Part shown: positions 27,290-38,681 of the stretch, piece after piece
Numbering within the stretch: position 1 is the stretch's first letter
Layout: each line of letters begins with the position of its first letter
Translations under genes and position numbers: made by a program
Assembly: GCA_002269645.1 (NCBI GenBank)
Contig: NIVC01001497.1
Location: 214,766-278,765, forward strand
DNA: 64,000 bases
Origin: Macrostomum lignano
Taxonomy: Eukaryota
Direction of reading: 5' to 3'
Notes under the pieces: model-generated
Seen by the model: the letters and a program-made list of their open reading frames with translations, nothing else
Database searches by the model: none
Told to the model about the DNA's origin: nothing

Positions 27290-27384
27290 CCTTCATGCAA
27301 TAGAAGAGCAGGGAAGTTCATTACAATAGTTAGTACGAGCAGAAATGTTGCCTAGAGAATTCAACTTGGATACCATGTGTGCTG

Positions 27385-28285
27385 GGATCATGAGATGCTG
27401 GGATCATGAGATGATATCATGTGATGCTGATAGCATGTGATGCGAAGATCATGTGATGCTGATAGCATGTGATGTTGATAGCATGTGATGCTGATAGCAT
27501 GTGATGCTGATAGCATGTGATGCTGATAGCATGTGATGCTGATAGCATGTGATGCTGATAGCATGTGATGCTGATAGCATGTGATGCTGATAGCATGTGA
27601 TGCTGATAGCATGTGATGCTGATAGCATGTGATGCTGATAGCATGTGATGTTGATAGCATGTGATTCTGATAGCATGTGATGCTGATAGCATGTGATGCT
27701 GATAGCATGTGATGCTAATAACATGTGATGCTAATAACATGTGATGCTAATAACATGTGATGCTGATAACATGTGATGCTGATAGCATGTGATGTTGATA
27801 GCATGTGATTCTGATAGCATGTGATGCTGATAGCATGTGATGCTGATAGCATGTGATGCTAATAACATGTGATGCTAATAACATGTGATGCTGATAGCAT
27901 GTGATGCAGATATGATTTGACGCAGATTATGTGATAGTGAAATCATGTGATGCTGAGATCATGTGAGGATGGGATCATGCAATGATGAGATCATATGATG
28001 CTGATAGCATGTGATGATGAGATCATGTGATGCTGACAGCATGTGACGCTGATAGTGAAATCATGTGATGCTGAGATCATGTGATGCTGACAGCATGTGA
28101 CGCTGATAGTGAAATCATGTGATGCTGAGATCATGTGATGCTGAGATCATGTGAGGATGAGATCATGTGAGGATGAGATCATGTGATGCAGATATGATTT
28201 GATGCAGATTATGCGATAGTGAGATCATGTGATGCCGAGATCATGTGATGCTGAGATCATGTGATGATGAAATAATGTGAATGAT
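27385..28285. repeat. 16-bp minisatellite CATGTGATGCTGATAG upstream of CDC40
   Basis: Direct reading; degenerates rightwards. Confidence 0.93.
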
Positions 28286-28796
28286 GTGATGCTTTGGTCA
28301 TGTGATTAAGTCAGGCTGTGATATTGTCAGTGACACTAACTAAACGGCTACTTTGAGTATTAGAATAAGTTTAGGTAATTTAATTATTATGCACTAGCTT
28401 TTGTATGCAAAGATTTGAAAGAAAAAAGTAAAGCCAAAGAATTCTGCTATTCGTAGCCAATAACAGTAGCGATATAAGTATTTATATGCAATTAATATCA
28501 GGTATGAACTGCGCGGAATGGTTTCATTAAAAAAGCAAAAAAACATATTTAAGCAAATTAATACAGGTGCAGAAAAACCTTTAACCGATCCCCAGCCACC
28601 AGGTGAAAGTGTGCGGCAAGGAATACGAAAGTTTAAAAATACAGGATTAATAACCCTTGCCTAGCTGACATAGTATAGTTAGCAAGTAATCAGAAAGCAG
28701 GTAAAAATGAAGGACTAGAGATATACCGCAGGCGCATGACATAATCAGGTACAGAATTGGCAGAGATGTTAATTTCAACTTTCACAGCAATGTTGG

Positions 28797-29070
28797 CCGT
28801 AGCCCAGTGGTTAAGCGCGGCGCTCTGATGCACCAGCGGCCCAGGCTCGATTCCAAGTGCAGTCACATTAATTTGGGGCTGAATTGGAATCTCGGCTTGG
28901 CTTTGCTTGTGCAATTAACGCTTTTGAGGACCAACCCCCCCCAAGGCACAGTGAAGTGTACATGCCTAACGATAAATAAAGTTACGTGTGCCTGTGAGTG
29001 TGTGCCTGTGCGTATGACTGCGTACGTATCCGCGCGCTTGTGTGCCTGCTCAGGGGAGTCGGTGGAATGG
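28797..29070 (+). mobile_element. tRNA-derived SINE family B candidate
   Basis: TAGCCCAGTGGTTAAG..GGCTCGATTCC head; body shared with 8700-8932; a short related piece at ~31005-31040. Confidence 0.55.
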
Positions 29071-29797
29071 GCAGCAATGCCTCTCGCCGGTTGTCCCATG
29101 CACTGGAATATTGCTAAACGAAAATTGAAAATTCCCAATAGCAGAATTTGTACAATTTAGTGGCACAATAAAAACAAACAATAAGGGTTAATTAATACAT
29201 AAATTACAATCATTCTCATAATACCGTAAAAACCACCTCAGAAGAAAGAAGAAACAAAGGCATACACAGTCTAAACGATTGAGTCCGTTTTTGTTAAACA
29301 GCACTGGCCCGACTTTGGCGATATGTAGCGAAAGTAATAAAAAACAAAGACAAAATTTTGGGGAGATTACACTGTTCAATTAGAAAAAAATCAATATAAA
29401 AACTACCTAGATTTTTAACGATAACTTTAAATTTAACCAAGGCGTCTGACTTATCATAATTGAGCTGGTAACGATCTCCAAGATTCCAAAAGCATTGCAT
29501 TGAAAAGCTGGACAGAATGGCAACAAAGAAAAAAAATTGATAAATAGAAAAACAGAGAACGGAGAGCGGCGGTGCAATTCTGGGGTACTTTTTGATACTA
29601 ATTTGATAAACAATTTTTATAACAAAGGTTGCCCAGCACCGCACAACAGGAGGAAAATAATTAAAAAATAAGATCTAGTCGCCAAATTATTGATCGATTG
29701 AAATAGACCGAACTGCAGATTTTGATGCGCTGAATAACCAACAGCCAAGAATTTCGGCGACGAAGTCAATTCTGCTTTTCAGTCTGCTTGAGAAACT

Positions 29798-31191
29798 TCA
29801 GTCTTGATTTGCCTGCGCTTCGGCCCGTAGCTGCTCAATCTTCTTCATTGGCAGAGACTGCGGCACTTTGAATATTTGCTGAAAGTTAAAGCAATGCATT
29901 ACATTCAATAATAATAATCATAATCATCATTATCATTGACTACACCTGCCCCAATCGGGCCAGATGTGCAACCGACAGCTCAGCCGCAGCTATTGCGCGG
30001 CGCATCTGAAGCTGGGTTTATTTTTTGTGCGTAGAGTGTGCATATGCACCTTAAATTTAAAAATTGCACCCTGAAATTGAAATGTAGGTGCAGTTTAAGT
30101 GCAGTCTCATAACATATATTTCTATTAAAGCCTCATCTGCACTGCTTTAAAATAAGAAAAAAATGCACTTTGAGCCTTAAAATTGCACTATGAAAGTGAG
30201 CATAGGGTGCGATTTTGCACCTTGTCTCTGGCAAAAAAGAAAACCCTGATCTGAAGGCTGCGTACGGCTGTTCAGTCCAAGGACTGGGGGGTCGCCACAC
30301 ACACCCTCAATTACCCCAGCTAATGCTGGCACCCATTTTACAGCTGGGTGAACTGAAGCAATGCAGAGTTAAGTGTCTTGTTCAAGGACACAGATTGTTT
30401 CAGTGGGATCAGGAATCGAACCCCTGACCTTCAAGTCGTGAGTCCGACACTCTAACCACTAGGCTACAACCTTGTATGTCACTGAAATCAGTTACTAGTG
30501 TGTCACTGAAATAAGTCACTAGTGTGTCACTGAAATCAGACGCCAGTGTGTCACTGAAATCAGTTACTCTTGTGTCACTGAAATCAATCACTAGTGGGTC
30601 ACTGAAATCAGCCTCTAGTGTGCCACTGAAATCAGTTGCCAGTGTCACAACCTACTATTTTAGAAAGTAAGTTACAAAATGAAGCAAGGCATCTCACCGG
30701 AATGAAGGTGTGACAGTGCAGCACATTCCGGTCCTGCACCATCTGTTGGAAAACTTTAATCGCGCTGGGCAGGTCTCGACAACCCAGCAGGGCGTTCTGA
30801 TTCAGATGGATCAGCGTCAGGGCTACGCGGAACAACACTTTGGAGCCTTCGAAGAACAGCACGTCCCAGATGCGGTAGACGGTCTGTGGGAATTTACGAG
30901 CGTACAGTCACTGTTGTTTATCAGTTCTCATTCCCAGCTCCATTTCATATCTACCGCGAAAGCTATCTGTTGGCCAGGGGGGGGGGCTTGTCTTGCAATT
31001 CACACAAGACGCCAACCCTCAAGGCACAGAGTGTACATGTACATGCTAGAATCAGGGCCGCGGTACAACCAAATGACTAACAAACAAACTAACTAACTGA
31101 CTAACTAACTAACTAACTGACTAACTAACTAACTGACTAACTAACTAACTGACTAACTAACTAACTGACTAACTAACTAACTGACTAACTG

Positions 31192-31250
<59 letters not shown>

Positions 31251-34200
31251 GACTAACTGACTAACTAACTAACTGACTAACTAACTAACTGACTAACTAA
31301 CTAACTGACTGACTAACTAACTAACTGACTAACTAACTGACTAACTAACTAACTAACTAACTAACTGACTAACTAACTGACTAACTAACTGACTAACTAA
31401 CTGACTAACTAACTAACTAACTATCTGACTAACTAACTAACTAACTAACTGACTAACTAACTGACTGACTGACAAACTAACTAACTGACTGACTAACTAA
31501 CTAACTAACTGACAAACTAACTAACTGACTAACTAACTGACTAACTGACTAACTAACTGACTAACTAACAGACTAACTAACTAACTAACTGACTAACTAA
31601 CTGACTAACTAACTAACTGACTAACTGACTGACTAACTAACTAACTGACTAACTAACTGACTGACAAACTAACTAACTGACAAACTAACTAACTGACTGA
31701 CTAACTAACAGACTAACTAACTGACTAACTAACTGACTAACTAACTAACTGACTAACTAACTGACTAACTGACAAACTAACTAACTGACTGACTAACTAA
31801 CAGACTAACTAACTGACTAACTAACTGACTAACTAACTAACTGACTAACTAACTGACTAACTGACTAACTGACTAACTAACTAACTGACTAACTGACTGA
31901 CTGACAAACTAACTAACTGACTAACTAACTGACTAACTGACTAACTGACTAACTAACTGACTAACTAACAGACTAACTAACAGACTAACTAACTAACTGA
32001 CTAACTAACTGACTAACTAACTAACTGACTAACTGACTGACTAACTAACTAACTGACTAACTAACTGACTGACAAACTAACTAACTGACAAACTAACTGA
32101 CTGACTAACTAACTAACTGACTAACTAACAGACTAACTAACTGACTAACTAACTGACTAACTAACTAACTGACTAACTAACTAACTGACTAACTAACTGA
32201 CTAACTAACTAACTGACTGACTAACTAACTGACTAACTAACTGACTAACTAACAGACTAACTAACAGACTAACTAACTGACTAACTAACTGACTAACTAA
32301 CTGACTAACTGACTAACTAACTGACTAACTAACTGACTAACTAACAGACTAACTAACTGACTAACTAACTAACTGACTAACTAACTGACTAACTAACTGA
32401 CTGACTAACTAAATAACTAACTGACTGACTAACTAACTGACAAACTAACTAACTGACTGACTAACTAACTAACTGACTAACTAACAGACTAACTAACTGA
32501 CTAACTAACTAACTGACTAACTAACTGACTAACTAACTGACTAACTGACTGACTAACTAACTAACTAACTAACTAACTGACTAACTGACTGACTGACTGA
32601 CTAACTAACTAACTGACTGACTAAATAACTAACTGACCAACGAACTAAACTATATAAATAACTAATTAACTACGAGCTACTACTGCTGTTGCAAAATCAA
32701 CCCGCATACCCCATTGCAAATCTGCCAGCGGATTCTGCAATCATTTTAGCTAAAACACGCACCTCAACAGGCAGCACATCCGCGTAGAGGCAGATGAACC
32801 ATTTAAGCGTCACCATGGGAAACGTGACGCCATAATCTTTCATAAATTTGTGCACCTGAGGCAGTTTCTCTTGAACCAATCGGCCAAGCACGTAGCACTC
32901 AGCCTGGAAGCTGGCCATGCTGGGCTGATAGTAACCGGGCAAAATTCGATTCACCAAAGTGTCCAACAGCCAGAAGGCTTTCTCTTCGTCTTTAACCACG
33001 AGTAGCATGAGCGCTGTTACGTAATTCAATCCCTGGCAATAACCAACTGCCGGATTCTTCTTGCCAAAGGCGTACAACACGTTAAATAGAGCTTGCATCT
33101 GCGACTCGCTGTTGCCAAATTCTTTAAAGTGCACATTCTCCGGGAATGTTCTGTGCAGATCGAGTCGCACCTGCGGCGCGCAATAAAACTAAACATTTAA
33201 TTAATCATTTCCTATATTGACACCTACTTATAGTAGTGTAAAATGTGTCGCGAGTTATTAAGAGTACATTGATGAAGCTGATACACAATAAAAGTGACGC
33301 TGTTAGTGAAAATAAAGGACGAGAAATATGAAATACTTACGAGCAAATATGAAATTTATACTAATTGCTACAGCTTGATATTCAACGCGACACATTGGCC
33401 TTCGAGAGATAGTCAGTAAGCAAATCTATTACAAAACAGCAGGAAATATGACTTATTAAGATAATTACACTTATAATTTATACACATATTACGGAGTCGC
33501 TAGTATGTCACTCAAATCTATAATGAGTCACTAGTGCGTCACTGAAATCTACTACATTGAGTCACTACTGTGTCACTGAAATCTACTATATTGAGTCACT
33601 AGTGCGTCACTGAAATCTACTACAGTGAGTCACTAGTGCGTCACTGAAATCTACTATATTGAGTCACTAGTGCGTCACTGAAATCTACTATATTGAGTCA
33701 CTAGTGCGTCACTGAAATCTACTATATTGAGTCACTAGTGCGTCACTGAAATCTACTACATTGAGTCACTAGTGCGTCACTGAAATCTACTATATTGAGT
33801 CACTAGTGCGTCACTGAAATCTACTATATTGAGTCACTAGTGCGTCACTGAAATCTACTATATTGAGTCACTAGTGCGTCACTGAAATCTACTACAGTGA
33901 GTCACTAGTGCGTCACTGAAATCTACTATATTGAGTCACTAGTGCGTCACTGAAATCTACTATATTGAGTCACTAGTGCGTCACTGAAATCTACTATATT
34001 GAGTCACTAGTGCGTCACTGAAATCTACTACAGTGAGTCACTAGTGATTCACTGAAATCTACTATATTGAGTCACTAGTGCGTCACTGAAATCTACTATA
34101 TTGAGTCACTAGTGCGTCACTGAAATCTACTATATTGAGTCACTAGTGCGTCACTGAAATCTACTACATTGAGTCACTAGTGATTCACTGAAATCTACTA

Positions 34201-34984
34201 TATTGAGTCACTAGTGCGTCACTGAAATCTACTATATTGAGTCACTAGTGATTCACTGAAATCTACTATATTGAGTCACTAGTGCGTCACTGAAATCTAC
34301 TACATTGAGTCACTAGTGATTCACTGAAATCTACTATATTGAGTCACTAGTGTGTCACTGAAATCTACTACATTGAGTCACTAGTGATTCACTGAAATCT
34401 ACTACAGTGAGTCACTAGTGATTCACTGAAATCTACTATATTGAGTCACTAGTGCGTCACTGAAATCTACTACAGTGAGTCACTAGTGATTCACTGAAAT
34501 CTACTATATTGAGTCACTAGTGTGTCACTGAAATCTACTACAGTGAGTCACTAGTGCTTCACTGAAATCTACTATATTGAGTCACTAGTGTGTCACTGAT
34601 GCATACAGATGTGTCACTAAAGCCTAACTGTACTTTAGCCAGTTGCTGCGGCGACATAAGCCGATGCCCTGCCAGACCCCAGCCGCTCACCTGATTGGCC
34701 ACAGCATCATCCTCGGCCACATTGCCCAGCAGGGTTTTATAGTAACCAGGCCGCTCATTAAGCCTGCCCTGCGCCCCGGAGACCAGCATCCAGACATCGG
34801 AGCGCAATTCTCTCGGTATGCCTTTGCGAATGAATCGTTTCAGCTTGCCGCTGCGACTCTGCAGCTCGGACTGGTTGAGGCTCTGCCAGCGGCCAGACCG
34901 CCTGTCCAGCACAGAGGCGTAGTCGCCAACAAATTCATTGAAAGCTCGTCGTTCATCGTCGGTCAGTTCGAAGCCGTAATCCAT
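29798..34984 (-). CDS. GRTP1: Growth hormone-regulated TBC protein 1 (Rab-GAP, TBC1D6 family); 4 exons, ~322 aa
   Basis: Exons 34691-34984, 32763-33170, 30698-30883, 29798-29878 (all phase 0). DYGFE, KRFIRKGIP, VWMLVSGAQ, RLDLHRTFP, VGYCQGLNY, LPVETVYRIWD.LF.EGSKVLFRVALTLI, CHTFI. The start codon is less certain than the rest. Confidence 0.92.
29905..30471 (-). mobile_element. tRNA-derived SINE family A, full-length copy interrupted by a MITE
   Basis: Head GGTTGTAGCCTAGTGG..GGTTCGATTCC (A and B boxes); body GTGTCCTTGAACAAGACACTTAAC..CAGCTGTAAAATGGGT; (ATT/ATG)n tail; two further copies in the window. Confidence 0.8.
30012..30248. mobile_element. hAT-type MITE (8-bp TSD) inserted in a SINE
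   Basis: ATCTGAAG duplicated at 30004-30011 and 30249-30256; imperfect TIRs CTGGGTTTATTTTTTG / CAAAAAAGAAAACCCTG; the SINE copy at 9062-9248 lacks the insert. Confidence 0.75.
30475..30648. repeat. 24-bp minisatellite TGTCACTGAAATCAGTCACTAGTG (GRTP1 intron 3)
   Basis: Direct reading. Confidence 0.85.
31077..32670. repeat. (AACT/GACT)n tetranucleotide microsatellite (GRTP1 intron 2)
   Basis: Direct reading. Confidence 0.97.
33505..34600. repeat. 34-bp minisatellite GTCACTGAAATCTACTATATTGAGTCACTAGTGC (GRTP1 intron 1)
   Basis: Direct reading; ~32 units. Confidence 0.96.
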
Positions 34985-35254
34985 GTGCTCTGAGGTTGTT
35001 TTTAATGCTAATCTATCAACTTTAATCTCGTGACCTATAAAATGCTTGATAGCTCGCCAATTGAAGTGTTTCATAACCTTGAAACTTCATAAAATTAATT
35101 AACATTTATTGGATTAGCCATCCACATTTGGGATAATATAAATACATACATACACAAATCTGTTTATAGTATTGTACATTTCCCCTCATTTTCTCAACAA
35201 TGGTAATCAATTAGCACCTTGAAGCTTCAAAATTATTTTATTCAAGGCTAGTAA

Positions 35255-35543
35255 TACAAGGGACATCCCAAAATCTCTTTGTAATTGGTTTTTAACTCTC
35301 AAGAATGTAAAGATATTGCATTGAAACCCTACACAAACCTGACTGCAAATTATTTCAGTGTATTTATAAAAATTTCAGATTAAAACATTGATCATTTTGA
35401 GTAAAATTGCATAATTTGTGTAGCTAAGTCATGTAACTGCACATTGCCTTTTTGGTGTTCACAATCTGCACCAAGTGGTACCATGGTAAATGAATATTTC
35501 CTAGCATTCACCATTCACTGAGACTTTTGGGATAACCCTTGTA
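35255..35543. mobile_element. Short non-autonomous mariner-type element (MITE)
   Basis: TIRs TACAAGGGACATCCCAAAA and TTTTGGGATAACCCTTGTA; TA at both ends; no CpG inside. Confidence 0.7.
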
Positions 35544-36599
35544 ATGTCTAAAGTCAATCAAAAAGCTAATATTCTTACTTTCTAGGTCTAACTGAATGGC
35601 TAAGACTATATAATTAAAAATTTATATAATTTTTAGATAAAAAGAAGTAGTTCAGAATGAAATATAAAATAGATAAAAAAATAAATCAAAGTTTATCAAT
35701 AGCTATTCAAAGTTTACACCTTAAAATATAATAAATATTATGTATCCATATAGGAATTAGAATAACTAATAACTAGTAACTAGTGGCACTATAAATTAAA
35801 TAAATTAAAGCCAGTTTTGCCTATGGTAATTTTTTTAATTTAATAAGCTAATTATTAACATTATATTGAGCCTCAACAAAAGCTTAAGAGATTTTGCCAT
35901 TAAGTAGAAAATGGAACTAAGGTCTATGCTCTTCTGTGTTCTGTCATAACAATACTAGATATCTATATATAAATACTATCCAACCTATTTAATTTAATTA
36001 GTATAAATTGTGACAGACCAAAGATGCATAATAAATTTGATAGCCTTTTAAACAAAAAATTGATTATGAATCAAAGATTTTTTATTTTCTTTTTCTGGGT
36101 AAATTACAAAATAAAGTTGTAGCCTAGGTAATGTAATTTCAAAGACAATATGTTATGAATATTTGATGCAAAGCCATATATTGCAATCGATTTTTTGTAT
36201 ATAATAATATACTAATATAATGTATATAATAATATAATAATAAACTTAAAACCATTATCCTATGTTTATCTTACCTACAATATTTATGGAATATCAAAAT
36301 TCTTTTTATATAGATATAAAATACCCCATTATGTTTTTATGCAATATTTTAGTAGATTATTATGCTTTTATAACAAAAGTCAAAAATAGCCAAATGAAGC
36401 CAAAGGCCAATAAGTATATATTATATACACTGGTTTTATTAATAGTTATTTCATAAATCTACTGACAAACATCTCTAGTTTCTCTTCTATTTTTTCATTG
36501 AGTTGATATTTTAGTCAGGCTTTAAAGCTCATAATAGTTATATCTATTATCTATGGAAAATCTTCTTTCTAGCTTTAATAAAGATAAAAAATCTTGTAT

Positions 36600-38160
36600 C
36601 TTTCATACAACCCTCTTAAGCCACCATAGAGAAAAGTGACTTTTTGAAGTGTAATAGGCCTATCATTGTGGAAATAACCATTAAGAAGTGGGCTAATATC
36701 TTATTCTGGGCTAATAGATTACTCTTTGTTTAGATGCTTTATAAATATATCCCTTAGTTAAAAACATAGTATATTGAATGCTCTAAATGATGATAGTTGC
36801 ATGATCCTTTGGCAACTTTTAAAACTCTTTGGAGATATCTATGAAGAGCATTTATATTGCATCATTGCTGATCATCTCAATATGACATAAGTTGTTGCTT
36901 GATGGATCATGGGTTTCCAAACTTTTAATATTGGTCTAGTTGCAAGAGAGAATTTATATCTGCAACTAATTTCTAAATGCTTATTGAAATAAGCCCATTT
37001 TTATTTGTCAACTAGCTAGTGACTAGTGATAAATCATGGTTTTATTACTATAAACAAGGACCAAGCAACAAAGTAACATATGAAAGGCATATAATAAAGA
37101 TCTACCTATCAAGGCTAAGACTATAATTTGCTAAGAAGCATATGACAATAGTCTTTTGGGACAAAAAAGGCATCTTGCTAATTAAATGGCTACTAAAAAG
37201 AAAAATTACCAATTTTGGCCTAATATTACTATGAAATCAGAGAATGGCTACATGAAAAGATCAAGAATTAGAGTTATTGCTATATAATGATTACCAAGGG
37301 CATAGTGCTACAATATATAGTAATAACAATTCTAAGCTACATATTGATACTTGCAATGAAGCTCTAGACAATATCAAGAGACTAGGCTTTGAGCTTCTGT
37401 CTTACCTTGCCTATTTTCCTGATTTGCCCCTTAGTGAATATTAGTTATTACTTTACTTAAAATGAAAAAGATACATTGTAGTCATCATTATAGAAGCCTT
37501 TTAAATCTTGGCTTTGCTAGGGGCCTACCAACCAGTGGTTGCAAAGTAGGCTAGCTATCCTATAGAATTGTTTGTTAAACTTACTATATGCACTTTTTAA
37601 GCTATTTATATGAAACTTTCTAAAAATGAATATTTTTATTATGCCAACATTTTAGAAGTGTTTTGGTATTAAAATATTTGTTAGTTCAAGGGCTAGACAA
37701 ACCTCTTGGTAGCACAATCTAGGTCATTTGCTAGCCATTTTCAAGTGGAAAGCACTTTATATAAAATATTTGCATTGCAGCTTAGCAGCAAAATTTCAAA
37801 CCCAAAACCCCTCTCTTTTTATGCCAGACACATTTTTGCCAGTGACATTAGCATACTCATTAATAGTTAGTTGTTAAAATTGAGAAAAACCTAGAAATTG
37901 CAATAAAGTTAGGTTGCAACCCTCCATGATGGAATTTAAATGCCAAAATACTTCTTAAATGTTGGCATAATAAAAATATTCATTTTTGGAAAGTTCCATG
38001 TCAATAGCTAAAAAATGTGTACATAATGAATTTAATAAACAATTCTGCAGGATAGCCCATAGGCCTATCTTCAAATAATTCTTTGCTCAAGGCATCAGCA
38101 AGCTACCAGAAATATGGCACAAATGTGTTCAGCCCTGGGGAAACTATGTTGTGAAGTGTG
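36600..38160 (+). pseudogene. Heavily C->T/G->A-mutated mariner transposase relic interrupted by a MITE
   Basis: Fragments: IIADHLNMT*VVA*WI (~36861), LVTSDKSWFYYY (~37015; cf. IVTGDESW), KHMTIVFWDKKGILL (~37135), LGFELLSYLAYFPDLPLSEY* (~37382; cf. LGFELLPHPAYSPDLAPSDY), GISKLPEIWHKCV (~38091). Confidence 0.82.
37554..38056. mobile_element. MITE-like element with ~120 bp inverted arms nested in the mariner relic
   Basis: 37554-37675 is the reverse complement of 37934-38056 (about 17 differences); it separates the YSPDL region from the C-terminal KLPE.W motif. Confidence 0.75.
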
Positions 38161-38551
38161 ACTATGAGTATAACATTGATTATTAAGAATTATTGTTTTT
38201 ACTTGTTTAGAAAAATGGGGAGGTGTTGCTCGCTTAGCTAGGGCCTAATGCTTATGTGCTAAGCTATATAATTTGAGGGGCCAATTTGCTGGCCCCTATT
38301 GCCATTTTTCTATGTGGCCACTCTATATTATATAGCAATTGTCATTGAAAGCATTTGGCATTGTTGTATCTGCACCCGACCCAATTGCTTGTACCACTAG
38401 GCCCTACCTGAAATAGATTTACTAGAACTGCCTTGCCAGGCATATTATAATTATAACAATCCTATACACTGAAACTAGTGGACTATGCACTATACTAACA
38501 ATAAACAGACTCCTGATATAGTACAGGTGATAGACTAAGCCTAGCCTAGAT

Positions 38552-38623
38552 AGTTACTGTAGGCGTAGAGTCGTAGACCCGCATAGTCCATATACTAATC
38601 CATATACTAAAAATGGTCTGTCG

Positions 38624-38681
<58 letters not shown>

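Noticed and set aside
34985-35074. GRTP1 N-terminal extension MKHFNW..
   Set aside because: AT-rich, no resemblance to GRTP1, and an acceptor lies 5 nt before MDYGF; not fully excluded.
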